A stretch of DNA of 64,000 nucleotides from Candidatus Latescibacterota bacterium. Its GTDB lineage: Bacteria; Latescibacterota; UBA2968; UBA8231. The position numbers and the translations under genes were made by a program. The stretch covers positions 4,736,001-4,800,000 of the forward strand of contig OZ241362.1 of NCBI GenBank assembly GCA_965200315.1, written 5' to 3'. Under the pieces are notes generated by a model that saw only the letters and a program-made list of their open reading frames with translations, was not told the origin of the DNA and did no database searches. Positions 54,418 through 64,000 of this stretch are shown here, piece by piece. Each line of letters starts with the position of its first letter. Position 1 is the first letter of the stretch.

Positions 54418-57207
54418 ATGCGTATGCTGAAAAATTACTTCGTCATCTTGGGGTTGGTATTGGTCGTGGGCGTCCCGGCTGGGGGCCAGACCGACGTCCA
54501 GCGCGGCGGGTCGGTCACTTTTGCGCCGACTGGTCCGGGCGTACTCTTTGGTGCGCTCGATCCGGCGGTCAAAAAGTGGTACGTGCCGCAGGAACTCTTC
54601 TTCGACTACGGCTGGCGCCAGTGGGAATACTCCAACTACGCCCGCACTCCGTATGAGCGCTACGTCAACACCACCCGCGAGGGCGACTATTTCTACGATG
54701 TGTACGGCAACTTCACCACGCGCGGTTGGCTGATCTACGACTGGCGTCAGTTCCAGCCGCAGCCCCTGGGCAGCGGCATCTTCCAGAGCACGCGCTTCAA
54801 CCGTTGGTTCAATGCGGTGACCATCAGCGGCGATTCGCAGGGGCAGTACAACTACGCGATCACGGTCGGCGACCGGATTCGCACGACGCTGACGCCGCTG
54901 ACCTTTTCCAAGCCGGACTTCAACGGGGTGCAGGTGGATTTTGCCGCGGACAAGTACCAAGCGACGATCCTCGCCTCGCGCATCAGCGAGCCGATCCGCG
55001 GCTCCACCCAGCTTTCGGGCGGGATTACCGAGCCGGTGACGCAGACCAACATCACCTCGTTGTTCGGCGGGCGGGCGACCTTTCAGGTAGGTGATTTCGT
55101 CGAGTTGGGCGCCCAAGTGATGGGCGCCAGCAACGGCAATACGCTGCTCGACATGTTCAACGGCGACCTGATCGCCGGCAGCCTCACCGCTGGGCAGAGC
55201 ACGGCACCGCTGACGGCGATTGCGGTGATTCTGAGCGACGACTCGCCCGACGACAACGAAGGGGGTGCGGCGCTGTTTAGCCACGACGTGCGGATTACCA
55301 GCCGCGACTTCGACACCGGCAAGGAGACGGTTACCACCTTGCGAGAAGTGGTCCGCCCCGGCTCGCAGTGGCCGATCATCTTCGGCGGGTTCCGGCGTCC
55401 GGGCTTTTTAGCGGCAGACGGCCCAGAGCGGATCATCGTCAACTACGACTTCAACGACCCGGCCTATGTTGGTCCAGACCCGACGACGATCGTCGGGGTG
55501 GATTTCAACTTTGTGCTGGCCAACGACTTCAAGGTCGAGATGTGGTCCGACCGCCAGACGGGGTTGCGCGGCGCACCGCCTGCGCCGTTGACCGCCGAGG
55601 TGATCGACGCGGCGCAACCTGCGTTGATTGTAGTGAGGCGGGCTGAGGGCAATGTCGCGGACATTACGAACTTGCAGCGGATTGAGTTTTCCTACGGCCT
55701 GCCGACGGCCAATTTGGTCGGCGGTTTCACCATTGAAGGCACCGGCGTCCTCGGCTTCGACTTCTACGGCGAGTGGGACCGCAACAAGCGCTATTTCCAG
55801 TTTCCCAATGCCGCGCTGTTCAACGAGGGCGAAGAGCACGCGATTTCCTCCGAGGGGTCCGACGCTTGGTACTTCAATGTCTCGCGCAATGTGTTCCCCT
55901 ATTTTTTCTACGGCGAAGCCTACTCCATAGACGAAGCCTATTCGACGACCGCCTTCTTGGTCAGTGCCACGGGCGATGTGCAATACGACAATACCCAGCG
56001 GCACCTCTACGAGTTCGTCGATGACAACGACGACCAAGACCGCTTCCCCGATTGGATTCGCTTTGGCTCGACCAACGACCGGGCGATTTTTCCCGGCTGG
56101 GACCAAAACAACGACTTCATCTCCGACTTCAACCAGAACGACAACGCCACCGCGGCCAATATTATCCCTGACTACGACGAGCCGTTTCTGCGCTACAATG
56201 TCGATCGGCCGGAGTTTCTCTTTGGCATTGATTTGAATAACAACAACTGGATCGACCGCTTTGAAGACGACGATCTGCCCGATTATCCGTACAAGCCAGA
56301 CCGGCGGGGATACAATGTTTTCGGCGGAGTTCACCTCGCGCCGGATATGCGGCTGACTATTGGCCGCACGGACGAAAAATCGCCGGCGACCGACGCGTTC
56401 AACGAGACCAATTACGCGATGTTCACGCTGGATCGGGACTACGCGGGCTCGGGGCACTTGCGGGTTTTCAACATGCTCAAACAGGCCCAAGACACCATTC
56501 CCGATGCCCGACGCGAGCCTACCCCGTTTGTGGGTGCGCCGATCCAGCCGGTGGTGCGCGACCTGTTGGCGGCACAGGACACTTGGGTCAATACCGCGTA
56601 CGCGCAGTTCGATTATCAGGGCATCAAAGGGCTAAACGTGGTCAACAAATTCAAGTGGGAGCGTTTCCAGCAAAACGCGCAAGACCCGCGCGACAGTATG
56701 GGTCGCCCATTGGAAGGTAGCGCGAGTTTCCTCGGGCTGATCAACAAGGTGGACTACATCTACGGCCTCGGTCGCTTTGACTTGCAGCCGAGGTGCAAGA
56801 GCGAGTTTTTGCGGCAGACGCCCTTTGTCGCCGACGAAGAGCGGCGCGAGGAATGGGCCCTGACCGTGCAGTTGATCGCCCGCCTACCAGTTATGAGGCG
56901 CACGGTTATCGAATCCGGCGTGGAGCAGTTGTGGTTTAGCGACCGAGTGCAGGACGAGGACGCGCTGCGGGCGGCGGGGCTTTTGCAAGACACCGGGGAT
57001 TGGCGCTCGACCCATATCGCAGTGCAGCTCTCGACGACTTCCGACTATCAGGGATACCGGCTGACCACGCAAGCGGGCCTGCGCTTTGGCCGCATCCTCA
57101 GCGAGCGGGTGATTGAGGACAGCGACCGGCCGGGCGTTTTCAAAACCGACGACAAGGGTAAGAATGAGACCACGACCTTTATCACGGTATTCGCCGGTCT
57201 GGAGTGA
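54418..57207 (+). CDS. Large secreted/outer-membrane protein with Asp-rich Ca-binding-like motifs (unknown family)
   Basis: Signal peptide; amphipathic beta strands; DDNDDQDRFPD, DQNNDFISD, GIDLNNNNWID; ends TFITVFAGLE. Confidence 0.75.
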   Translation: MRMLKNYFVILGLVLVVGVPAGGQTDVQRGGSVTFAPTGPGVLFGALDPAVKKWYVPQELFFDYGWRQWEYSNYARTPYERYVNTTREGDYFYDVYGNFTTRGWLIYDWRQFQPQPLGSGIFQSTRFNRWFNAVTISGDSQGQYNYAITVGDRIRTTLTPLTFSKPDFNGVQVDFAADKYQATILASRISEPIRGSTQLSGGITEPVTQTNITSLFGGRATFQVGDFVELGAQVMGASNGNTLLDMFNGDLIAGSLTAGQSTAPLTAIAVILSDDSPDDNEGGAALFSHDVRITSRDFDTGKETVTTLREVVRPGSQWPIIFGGFRRPGFLAADGPERIIVNYDFNDPAYVGPDPTTIVGVDFNFVLANDFKVEMWSDRQTGLRGAPPAPLTAEVIDAAQPALIVVRRAEGNVADITNLQRIEFSYGLPTANLVGGFTIEGTGVLGFDFYGEWDRNKRYFQFPNAALFNEGEEHAISSEGSDAWYFNVSRNVFPYFFYGEAYSIDEAYSTTAFLVSATGDVQYDNTQRHLYEFVDDNDDQDRFPDWIRFGSTNDRAIFPGWDQNNDFISDFNQNDNATAANIIPDYDEPFLRYNVDRPEFLFGIDLNNNNWIDRFEDDDLPDYPYKPDRRGYNVFGGVHLAPDMRLTIGRTDEKSPATDAFNETNYAMFTLDRDYAGSGHLRVFNMLKQAQDTIPDARREPTPFVGAPIQPVVRDLLAAQDTWVNTAYAQFDYQGIKGLNVVNKFKWERFQQNAQDPRDSMGRPLEGSASFLGLINKVDYIYGLGRFDLQPRCKSEFLRQTPFVADEERREEWALTVQLIARLPVMRRTVIESGVEQLWFSDRVQDEDALRAAGLLQDTGDWRSTHIAVQLSTTSDYQGYRLTTQAGLRFGRILSERVIEDSDRPGVFKTDDKGKNETTTFITVFAGLE

Positions 57208-57211
57208 GGCC

Positions 57212-58804
57212 GTGTGGCGCTTTTGCTTGCTGGTGATTGTGGCCTTGGGTTGCGCCCAAGAGCCTGAGGAGTTGGTGCTGGCCCGAGTGGATGGCGAGCC
57301 GATTACTGAGTCGGAGTTCAGGGGGTTTGACGCGCGGATTCCCGCGGGGATGAAAGAGGGAGGCCAGCGCCAAGTGCTCGAGAGCCTGATCGACAAAAAG
57401 CTGCTACTGAGCGAAGCGGACGCCGCCAATATGGCTGAAGACAGTTGGTTCAAAGGCGAACTAGCCCGCTTCAAACGCGCTCGGCTGATGGCGCTGTACA
57501 TAGAGCGCGAGGTCGTCGCCAAGATCGACATCACCCCCGAGGAAATAGAGAGGTACTACCGAAAGAGCGGCCGGCATCGCGCCCTGCGCTTGGGAGGCAT
57601 CATGGTCGGGAGTTTGGCGGAAGCACTCGCAATCACCGACCAGCTTGCCGCGGGGGCTGATTTCCACGAGTTGGCCAGTGCGCACTCGGTTCACGAGCGG
57701 ACTGCCGGGCGGGGTGGCGACACGGGCATCTACCAGACGCGCGATCAGATGTCGGAAGAGACGGTCGAGCAGGTGCTCGGGTTGGCGATAGGGGGTATTT
57801 CCGCGCCGGTGCGCGAAGTGTTCGGCCACGAGGACTTTTACGTGATCTACAAAGTCCTCGACGAGATTCCAGCGCCGCTTACTGCGTCGGAGCAGATCAT
57901 CGTCGAGGAGCTGACGGTGCAAAAGCGCGAGGAGCGATTGCAGGCACTCCGCGATTCGCTGGTGCAAGCGTACGCACCGATGCCGCGCCCGGCCGCGGTC
58001 CAGCGGCTCGTCGCGGACGGGGTCATGGCGGACCAAGCCGCGGTTCTCTGCACGTATCGGGGCGGCGAACTCACCGTCAGCGGTTTTTTGGCGGCGTACG
58101 AGCGTCTCGCCGGCCGGAGCTTACAGGCGGCCGACAGTGCGCACGTGGCTGAGGTGTTGCAGCGCCGAGTGCTGCCCGACCTGTTCGTGAGCGCCGAGAT
58201 TGAGGCGGCCGGTTTGGCAGAGGATGCGCGGTTTGAAGAGACTGTGGCGTTTAAGAGCGAGGAGTTGCTGCTCAGCGCATTGCGCCGGCGGGAGGTCGAC
58301 CAATACGTGAGTGTAACCGAAGCAGAAGCGCGCGACTTCTACGAAGCGCATCCCGAAAAATTCGCTCGGCCCGAGAGCACGACCATCGTCGAGATTTTGG
58401 TGGCGTCGGATTCGCTGGCTCAGCGCTTGGGGGACGAGCTGCGCACCGGGGGCGATGCGGCCGCGCTGGCCCAGCGGCATACCCGGCGCGAGGGCAGCTT
58501 GCACCACGGCGGCCAGATGCAACTCAATGCGTACACCCAAGGGTTGTTTCCCGTGCTGTCCGCTGCCGTGCAGGAAGTCGCCGTCGGCGAGGTGGGCGGG
58601 CCGTTGAAGACCGAGCAGGGCTATTCGGTCTTCAAGGTGCTGGAGCGTACGCGCGAGCAGATCTCGTACAACGCCGAATCACAGCGCCGCGCCCGCGCTT
58701 ATGTGCGGATCGACAAGTCGAAAAGGGCCTACGTGCGGTTCGTGCGCGAGTTGCGGAATAAGTACCCGGTGGAAATTGTCGAGGGTGGTTTGGAAAAGCT
58801 GTAA
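57212..58804 (+). CDS. PpiC/parvulin-type peptidyl-prolyl isomerase lipoprotein, two rotamase domains
   Basis: ALGC lipobox; LARVDGEPIT; GADFHELASAHS...GGDTG; second domain GEVGGPLKTEQGYSVFKV. Confidence 0.85.
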   Translation: MWRFCLLVIVALGCAQEPEELVLARVDGEPITESEFRGFDARIPAGMKEGGQRQVLESLIDKKLLLSEADAANMAEDSWFKGELARFKRARLMALYIEREVVAKIDITPEEIERYYRKSGRHRALRLGGIMVGSLAEALAITDQLAAGADFHELASAHSVHERTAGRGGDTGIYQTRDQMSEETVEQVLGLAIGGISAPVREVFGHEDFYVIYKVLDEIPAPLTASEQIIVEELTVQKREERLQALRDSLVQAYAPMPRPAAVQRLVADGVMADQAAVLCTYRGGELTVSGFLAAYERLAGRSLQAADSAHVAEVLQRRVLPDLFVSAEIEAAGLAEDARFEETVAFKSEELLLSALRRREVDQYVSVTEAEARDFYEAHPEKFARPESTTIVEILVASDSLAQRLGDELRTGGDAAALAQRHTRREGSLHHGGQMQLNAYTQGLFPVLSAAVQEVAVGEVGGPLKTEQGYSVFKVLERTREQISYNAESQRRARAYVRIDKSKRAYVRFVRELRNKYPVEIVEGGLEKL

Positions 58805-58891
58805 ACCCCGGATACCCGTATGAGGATTTTTCGCTTCACACCCTTTTGCCGTCTGACGAATTCGCCAATCAACTTGGAAAAGCTCTGAACC

Positions 58892-61756
58892 GTGCGTTGG
58901 ATGGCTTACATAGCGTTGGTCTTGGCACTGGCCTGGCCGGCTGGAGCGCAGACGGATTACGGCTACCGCTTGGGATGGCAGGAAAGAGGCGAAGTCCGCT
59001 TCAATGCCCAAGGGCCAAGTGTGCTGATGGGGGCTTTAGACCCCACGGTCATGCGCTGGTACATGCCGCAGGAGCTGTTCGACGAGTACGGCCGCCGCCA
59101 GTGGCGCTACACCAACTACGCCAGCGAGCCGTACCGGCGCTACATCGACCGCAACCAAGAGGGCACGTATTTCTACGACACCTACGGCAAGCTGATCTCG
59201 CGCGGCTGGCTGGTGTACGACTGGCGACAGACTCAGGCGCGCACGGTCGAGAGCAGCGAGTTGACCAAAGAGCGGCGCTACGCCACTTGGTTCAACCGGC
59301 TGATTATCTCCTCGGATGCAAGCGGCGACTACAACTACTCGCTGATGATCGGCGACGAAATTTTCGCCACCCTGACGCCGATGACCTTTCGCAAGGTTGG
59401 CTTTAATGGGGTCGTAACGAGCCTTGATGCACGGCATTTGCGCTTCACCGGCTTGTTTTCGCGCCCGAGCCTGCCCATCGTCGAGATCGACCCGGACATT
59501 CCGACGGCCTCGCAGGACAACTTCACCAGTTTGATCGCCGGGCGTCTAGAGGCCGATTTGGGGGCCAACGCGACCTTGGGCCTGACGTTGGTCAATGCCC
59601 ACAACGGGGCCGGCAACCGCGAGAGCTTTGCGGGTAATCCGCTCAAAGGTGTGCTGACGACCGGGCAGTTAGGTAGAAGGCTCAACAAGCTGATCGTGCG
59701 GCTGTCCGACGATTCGCCCGCCGACGGCGAGGGCGGGCCGGTGTTGTTCGGCACACAGGTGGAGATCACCACAGCTCTTCAGCGCGAGGTGCCGGTCGCA
59801 GGCGGCGTACGGAAGGTCTTTAAGGACACCACGTTCACCGGCAGCAGCGTTGGCTTTGCGCCGGTGATAGAGGGTGGACAGGAGCGCGGCGGGTTTTTGC
59901 GGGCCGACGGGGCGGAGAGCATTGTGCTGCAGTACGCGTTGGCGGCCGAAGAGGGCGAAAGCGAGGAGGGCACCTTGCGCTTGGCCTTGCAGCGCCGGTT
60001 GGAGTTAGGGCTGGACGAGGCCGACGACGCCATCGCCCGCGTCAAAAACGTGCGTTTCCGCTTCGTGCTGGCCAATGACTACCGGATCGAAGTAGCCTCC
60101 GACCGGCAAAACAGCCGCATCGGCATCCCGGAGTTTTTGGTGGTGACGCGGGCGGCTGGCAACGTCAAAAATCAGCTCAATCCGTGCGAGGTGGTCTTTG
60201 ACTATGGCCTGCCGACCGCTGCGCAGATCGCCGGTATTACGGCCGAGGTGCGCGACTGGCAGGGCTTTGACTTTTATGGAGAATTCAACGTCAGTACCCA
60301 GTACCGCCAATTCCCCTCGACGACGCGCGAATCGCACCGCTCGTTTTCCGGGATCCAAGGCGACGAGCATGCCGTTGGCTGGCTGTTCAATCTCGTGCGG
60401 CAGGCCGGCCCTTGGCGCTTCGCTCTCGAAGGCTTTGGCATGGACGACGCCTACGCCACCAGCTTTAAGCCGGTGGATGGTCGCGGCTTGGTCGACTATG
60501 CGCCCGAAGCCACGGACCGGCTCTACGATTTCGTCGAAGACAACGACGATCAGGACCGCCACCCCGACCAGAAGCGGTTTTTCGAGGGCGGGTTGGTGCC
60601 GCCGCAATCGACTGCGCTGGGTGGCTTTCAGGTGCGCTCGGACGGTGTGCCCGACCCGGCGGTTTTTCCCGGATACGACGAAAACGGCGACTTCATCGCC
60701 GACCTCAATCAGAATAGAAACTTCTTCCCCGACTACGAAGAGCCTTTCCTGCGCCACCACTCGGACCGGCCGGAGTTCCTCTTTGGCATTGACTTAAACA
60801 ACAACGGCTGGGCCGAGCGCTTTGAAAACGACGATTTGCCCGACTATCCCTATAAGAAAGACCACTGGGGCTACAACGCCTACGCCAGCGTGGAGGTCAA
60901 CCCGGAAATCCGCCTCTCGGCCGGCTATCTGCGCCAGAACATGCGCCAGACCGACCGCAAAAATCACACGGCCTACGGGCTCATTACTTTTGAACGGGAT
61001 TGGCCCGGCCGCGGCCAAGTGCGGGTCTTCGACATGCTGAAGAAGGCCGCCGACACCATTCCCGATCCGCTGTCGCAGTGGATCGTGCCGACGCTCGAAT
61101 TCGGGGCGGCGGGGCAGACGAGCGGGCAGCACATTGCCGTGCCCGATTTGCTGGCGGCCGAGGACACTTGGATCAATGCGTTTTACGCTGAGTGGCAACA
61201 CGCCAGTCCACGGCGCTGGAAGACTAAGCACCGCTTCAAATGGGAGTGGTGGCACCAGCGCGACTCGCAACTTGGTGCGCTGGGGCCGTTGGGCCGCAAT
61301 GGCCGCGAGCGTTCAGGTTTTGTGGGGTTGATCGACAAGATCGACGGCGTCTTTACGTGGGGCGCGGTGGCGATTTTGCCCCGCCTTAAAAGCGAGTTTC
61401 TCAGTCAATCGCCCTTCTCCTTGGCCGAGCGTCGCCGCCGCTCTTGGGATGGGATCGGGTCGCTGTTGGTCCGCTTTCCGGTGATGCGGGACTCGGAGCT
61501 TGAGCTGGGGTTTGAGCAGCGGCTGTTCTTCGAGTTGCTGCGGGACGAAAAGCCGCTGGCGGAAAACGTGCTGACGGGCGATTTCCGCGGCACGGTGTGG
61601 GCGGCGCAATTGAGCAATCAGCGAGAGTATCTAGGCTACGGATTGACGACTCAGCTCGGGTTGCGCTTTGATCGGCGTTCTTTGGAAGTGGTCGGGCGAG
61701 AGCGCGAGACGCGGGTCGCTGGGCTGGCGTTTCTGTCGATATTTGCCAGTCTGTGA
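58892..61756 (+). CDS. Paralog of 54418-57207
   Basis: Shared GALDP, WYxPQELF, RGWLxYDWRQ, TLTPxTF, LSDDSP, DNDDQDR, RPEFLFGIDLNNN, DDLPDYPYK. Confidence 0.78.
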   Translation: MRWMAYIALVLALAWPAGAQTDYGYRLGWQERGEVRFNAQGPSVLMGALDPTVMRWYMPQELFDEYGRRQWRYTNYASEPYRRYIDRNQEGTYFYDTYGKLISRGWLVYDWRQTQARTVESSELTKERRYATWFNRLIISSDASGDYNYSLMIGDEIFATLTPMTFRKVGFNGVVTSLDARHLRFTGLFSRPSLPIVEIDPDIPTASQDNFTSLIAGRLEADLGANATLGLTLVNAHNGAGNRESFAGNPLKGVLTTGQLGRRLNKLIVRLSDDSPADGEGGPVLFGTQVEITTALQREVPVAGGVRKVFKDTTFTGSSVGFAPVIEGGQERGGFLRADGAESIVLQYALAAEEGESEEGTLRLALQRRLELGLDEADDAIARVKNVRFRFVLANDYRIEVASDRQNSRIGIPEFLVVTRAAGNVKNQLNPCEVVFDYGLPTAAQIAGITAEVRDWQGFDFYGEFNVSTQYRQFPSTTRESHRSFSGIQGDEHAVGWLFNLVRQAGPWRFALEGFGMDDAYATSFKPVDGRGLVDYAPEATDRLYDFVEDNDDQDRHPDQKRFFEGGLVPPQSTALGGFQVRSDGVPDPAVFPGYDENGDFIADLNQNRNFFPDYEEPFLRHHSDRPEFLFGIDLNNNGWAERFENDDLPDYPYKKDHWGYNAYASVEVNPEIRLSAGYLRQNMRQTDRKNHTAYGLITFERDWPGRGQVRVFDMLKKAADTIPDPLSQWIVPTLEFGAAGQTSGQHIAVPDLLAAEDTWINAFYAEWQHASPRRWKTKHRFKWEWWHQRDSQLGALGPLGRNGRERSGFVGLIDKIDGVFTWGAVAILPRLKSEFLSQSPFSLAERRRRSWDGIGSLLVRFPVMRDSELELGFEQRLFFELLRDEKPLAENVLTGDFRGTVWAAQLSNQREYLGYGLTTQLGLRFDRRSLEVVGRERETRVAGLAFLSIFASL

Positions 61757-61882
61757 GAGCGTCAGTTGTGGAACTGGAAGCAGAGGACGACAGCAAGCTG
61801 TTGATGTTTAGCTCTTTTCGCGCTTCCACGTCATTTGGATTACTACCGCCTATATCGCCAGAGGGCTATTAAAAAGGGCCTT

Positions 61883-63802
61883 ATGCTACTAAAGACCTGT
61901 ATCCGACTTGTGCTAGCGCTCGCTTGGCTGACTAGCGGCGCAGACGCGCTGACGATTTATCGGATCGGTGGTTCGTCGCTGCCGAAGCCGGAGTTGGCCG
62001 AGGGCGTGGAATTTGTGCAGCTCGAATGGGAGGGGGTGGAAGCGGCGCAGCACGGCGCGGTCGAATCCCTGAAAACTGATGCGGACTTTATCGAGCCAGA
62101 GCAACTGGACCCGTCGGTGAACTTGACGCCGCGCCTCAAGGAACGCGGTGGCCGGGTGCAGACGCTGGTCTGGCGAGGCTGGGAGCGAAGCGGCGACACG
62201 GAGGCCGTGCTCTGGGACGAAGATGTAGAGACCGCCTTCTTGGGCGACGGGCATTGGACCACCTCGGGCATTGGCGTACGCAACAAGAGCCTAATTTTCG
62301 AGTTCGGAGGCAACTTCACGGTCGAGCGCGTCAAATTCTATCCACGCGAGCGCTTTGAAGAAGAGCGCTTTTTGCAGCGCTTTATCATCGGCGTCAGCGA
62401 CGGCAACCCGCTCAAGGAAGGTACGCGCGAATATACTGCGGGCACGCGCGGTTCTTTATTTGACTTCGACATCGTGCATCAGGCCACCGAGAACACGACC
62501 TCAGTGGTCGAGCTTGAGCTGCCGCCAGTGCCGATTCGCCGCATGCTCTTTGAAGCGCATGAAAACACCCAAGGCATCTGGGAAATCGCCGAGTTTGAAA
62601 TCTACGGCAAGGGCTTTACGCCAACGGCGCGCTACGTATCCAATGTCCTCGATTTGGGCGGGCGGGCGGCGCTGGGCGAATTGAGCTGGAGCAGCCAAGT
62701 CGATCCCGGGGCGCAAATCGAGCTCAGTATGCGCGCTGGCGACGACAGCGATCCCAACACCTATTGGCGCAGCACGTTCCGCGGCGATGAGCGGACTCGG
62801 CTGGATACTCGGGGGCGGCCTTTGACTCTGCGGTCGTACAATCGGCTGGAGAGAGCACAGCAGGCCGGTATCTCGCCCGATACGGAAAACTGGGAGGGCT
62901 GGAGCGCGGCCTACGACTTGACGCGGAGCAGCGTACCCATGCAGGGGACGCAACCGCGGCAATTCGTGCAGGTCCGGGCCAACTTCCGCTCCACCGTAGA
63001 GGCCGGTGGCCGGCTGAACTTCGTGCAATTTGCCGTGTCTAGGCCGCCGATGGCTTCCTTGGTGTTGGCCGAGATTGCGCCCGTCTTGGCGACCACGGGC
63101 GTGGCGACCGAGTTCACCTACATGCTCCTGCCGCGCCTAGAAGCCGAGGATTTGGGGTTCGACACCATTGAGATTGACACGCCGACTCAGGCGGCGGGCA
63201 TTGACGCGGTGCGCTATAGCGGCGAAGAGGTTGCCTTTGAGGTGCAGCGGCTCGATGAGCACGGCTTTGCGGTCGGCGTTCCGCGGATAGACCAAGCGCG
63301 CGATGGCGAGCTGATAGAGGTGGTCTTTCGCTGTGAGGTTTTCAAGTTTGGAACGCTGTTTTCGGGCCGCGTGTACGACAGCACTCGGCCGCAGGAGGTG
63401 CGCCAAGTGGTGACGCCGGGCGAGGTGGTTGAGTTGGTCGAGGGCAATACGCTGAGCGTGGGGCTGACTAATATCGCCGGGCAGGTGGTCGGTGCGCTCA
63501 AGCTCGTGCCAGCGGCGTTTACGCCCAATGGCGACCAGATCAACGATGCCGTGCGGATCGAATACGACCTGTTGAATGTGATCGGGAATGCCGAGGTCGC
63601 GGTGGTGATCTACGATTTGCCGGGGACGCGGATCGGCGAGGTTTTTCGCGGCCCGGCGCAGAGCGGCCAGTTTGCCGCCGAGTGGGACGGTCGGGATGGA
63701 ACGGGTGCCTTGCTCGCGCCGGGATTGTACGTGCTGCGCCTCGAGGTCGAGACCGACGGCGGCACCAAGGCCCGCTCGCGCATCGTCTCGCTGGTGTATT
63801 AA
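61883..63802 (+). CDS. Second secreted FlgD-Ig/CTD-like protein
   Basis: Signal peptide; WEIAEFEIYG; SNVLDLG; FTPNGDQIND...WDGRDGTG...PGLY...VSLVY. Confidence 0.8.
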   Translation: MLLKTCIRLVLALAWLTSGADALTIYRIGGSSLPKPELAEGVEFVQLEWEGVEAAQHGAVESLKTDADFIEPEQLDPSVNLTPRLKERGGRVQTLVWRGWERSGDTEAVLWDEDVETAFLGDGHWTTSGIGVRNKSLIFEFGGNFTVERVKFYPRERFEEERFLQRFIIGVSDGNPLKEGTREYTAGTRGSLFDFDIVHQATENTTSVVELELPPVPIRRMLFEAHENTQGIWEIAEFEIYGKGFTPTARYVSNVLDLGGRAALGELSWSSQVDPGAQIELSMRAGDDSDPNTYWRSTFRGDERTRLDTRGRPLTLRSYNRLERAQQAGISPDTENWEGWSAAYDLTRSSVPMQGTQPRQFVQVRANFRSTVEAGGRLNFVQFAVSRPPMASLVLAEIAPVLATTGVATEFTYMLLPRLEAEDLGFDTIEIDTPTQAAGIDAVRYSGEEVAFEVQRLDEHGFAVGVPRIDQARDGELIEVVFRCEVFKFGTLFSGRVYDSTRPQEVRQVVTPGEVVELVEGNTLSVGLTNIAGQVVGALKLVPAAFTPNGDQINDAVRIEYDLLNVIGNAEVAVVIYDLPGTRIGEVFRGPAQSGQFAAEWDGRDGTGALLAPGLYVLRLEVETDGGTKARSRIVSLVY

Positions 63803-63816
63803 GAGGAGAGGGCCTT

Positions 63817-64000
63817 ATGAGCTACATCGCCGTTGTGTTGCTGTGGACAGCCGCAGCCCATGCCCAAGGAGGCGGCTACCGGCTCACCGCGGACCAGCTC
63901 GTCATTGACCGCGCCGTGCATTGGCGCGCTTGGGAGTTTCCGGTGGGCACCCTGGCGATTGACGCAAGCGGTGCGGTGACGCCGTTTGAGTTGCGCCGCC
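63817..64000 (+). CDS. Secreted protein, 5' part only
   Basis: GAGGAG RBS; MSYIAVVLLWTAAAHAQGGGYRLTADQLVIDRAVHWRAW..., open to the window end. Confidence 0.7.
   Translation, partial: MSYIAVVLLWTAAAHAQGGGYRLTADQLVIDRAVHWRAWEFPVGTLAIDASGAVTPFELRR

Overview
GC-rich bacterial window. Its gene content (FlgD-Ig secreted proteins, DUF6785-like membrane proteins, several CRTAC1/ASPIC-UnbV and TPR proteins) suggests a Latescibacterota/Gemmatimonadota-like lineage; this is inference only. All family calls come from motif recognition, not database searches. Left to right: (1) 1-10.5 kb, a minus-strand SNF2 helicase / DUF1156 methyltransferase restriction-like operon with cassettes inserted at its gene junctions (AlbA_2 fragment, MNT-HEPN, AAA ATPase+DUF4276, a 27-codon DUF499 stub, a second AAA ATPase). 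(2) 11-40 kb, surface and carbohydrate genes (CRTAC1/TPR, peptide-type ABC transporter, two DUF6785-like transporters, GH116, three aldo/keto reductases), interspersed with decayed defence inserts (BfiI-like relic cut by a MITE; orphan MvaI-like m4C methyltransferase behind an endonuclease stub). (3) 41.1-44.9 kb, an intact, translationally coupled, lower-GC operon of an SF1 helicase, a DarT1-like DNA ADP-ribosyltransferase and an ADP-ribosylglycohydrolase-wHTH, with no NADAR or macrodomain antitoxin. This is the best candidate for an undescribed system. (4) HicAB and DUF4258/YgiT toxin-antitoxin relics, one flanked by a 26-bp duplication. (5) 51.8-64 kb, secreted FlgD/CTD proteins alternating with two paralogous ~940-aa putative beta-barrel proteins and a PpiC chaperone. 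No rRNA, tRNA, CRISPR array or transposase was recognised.
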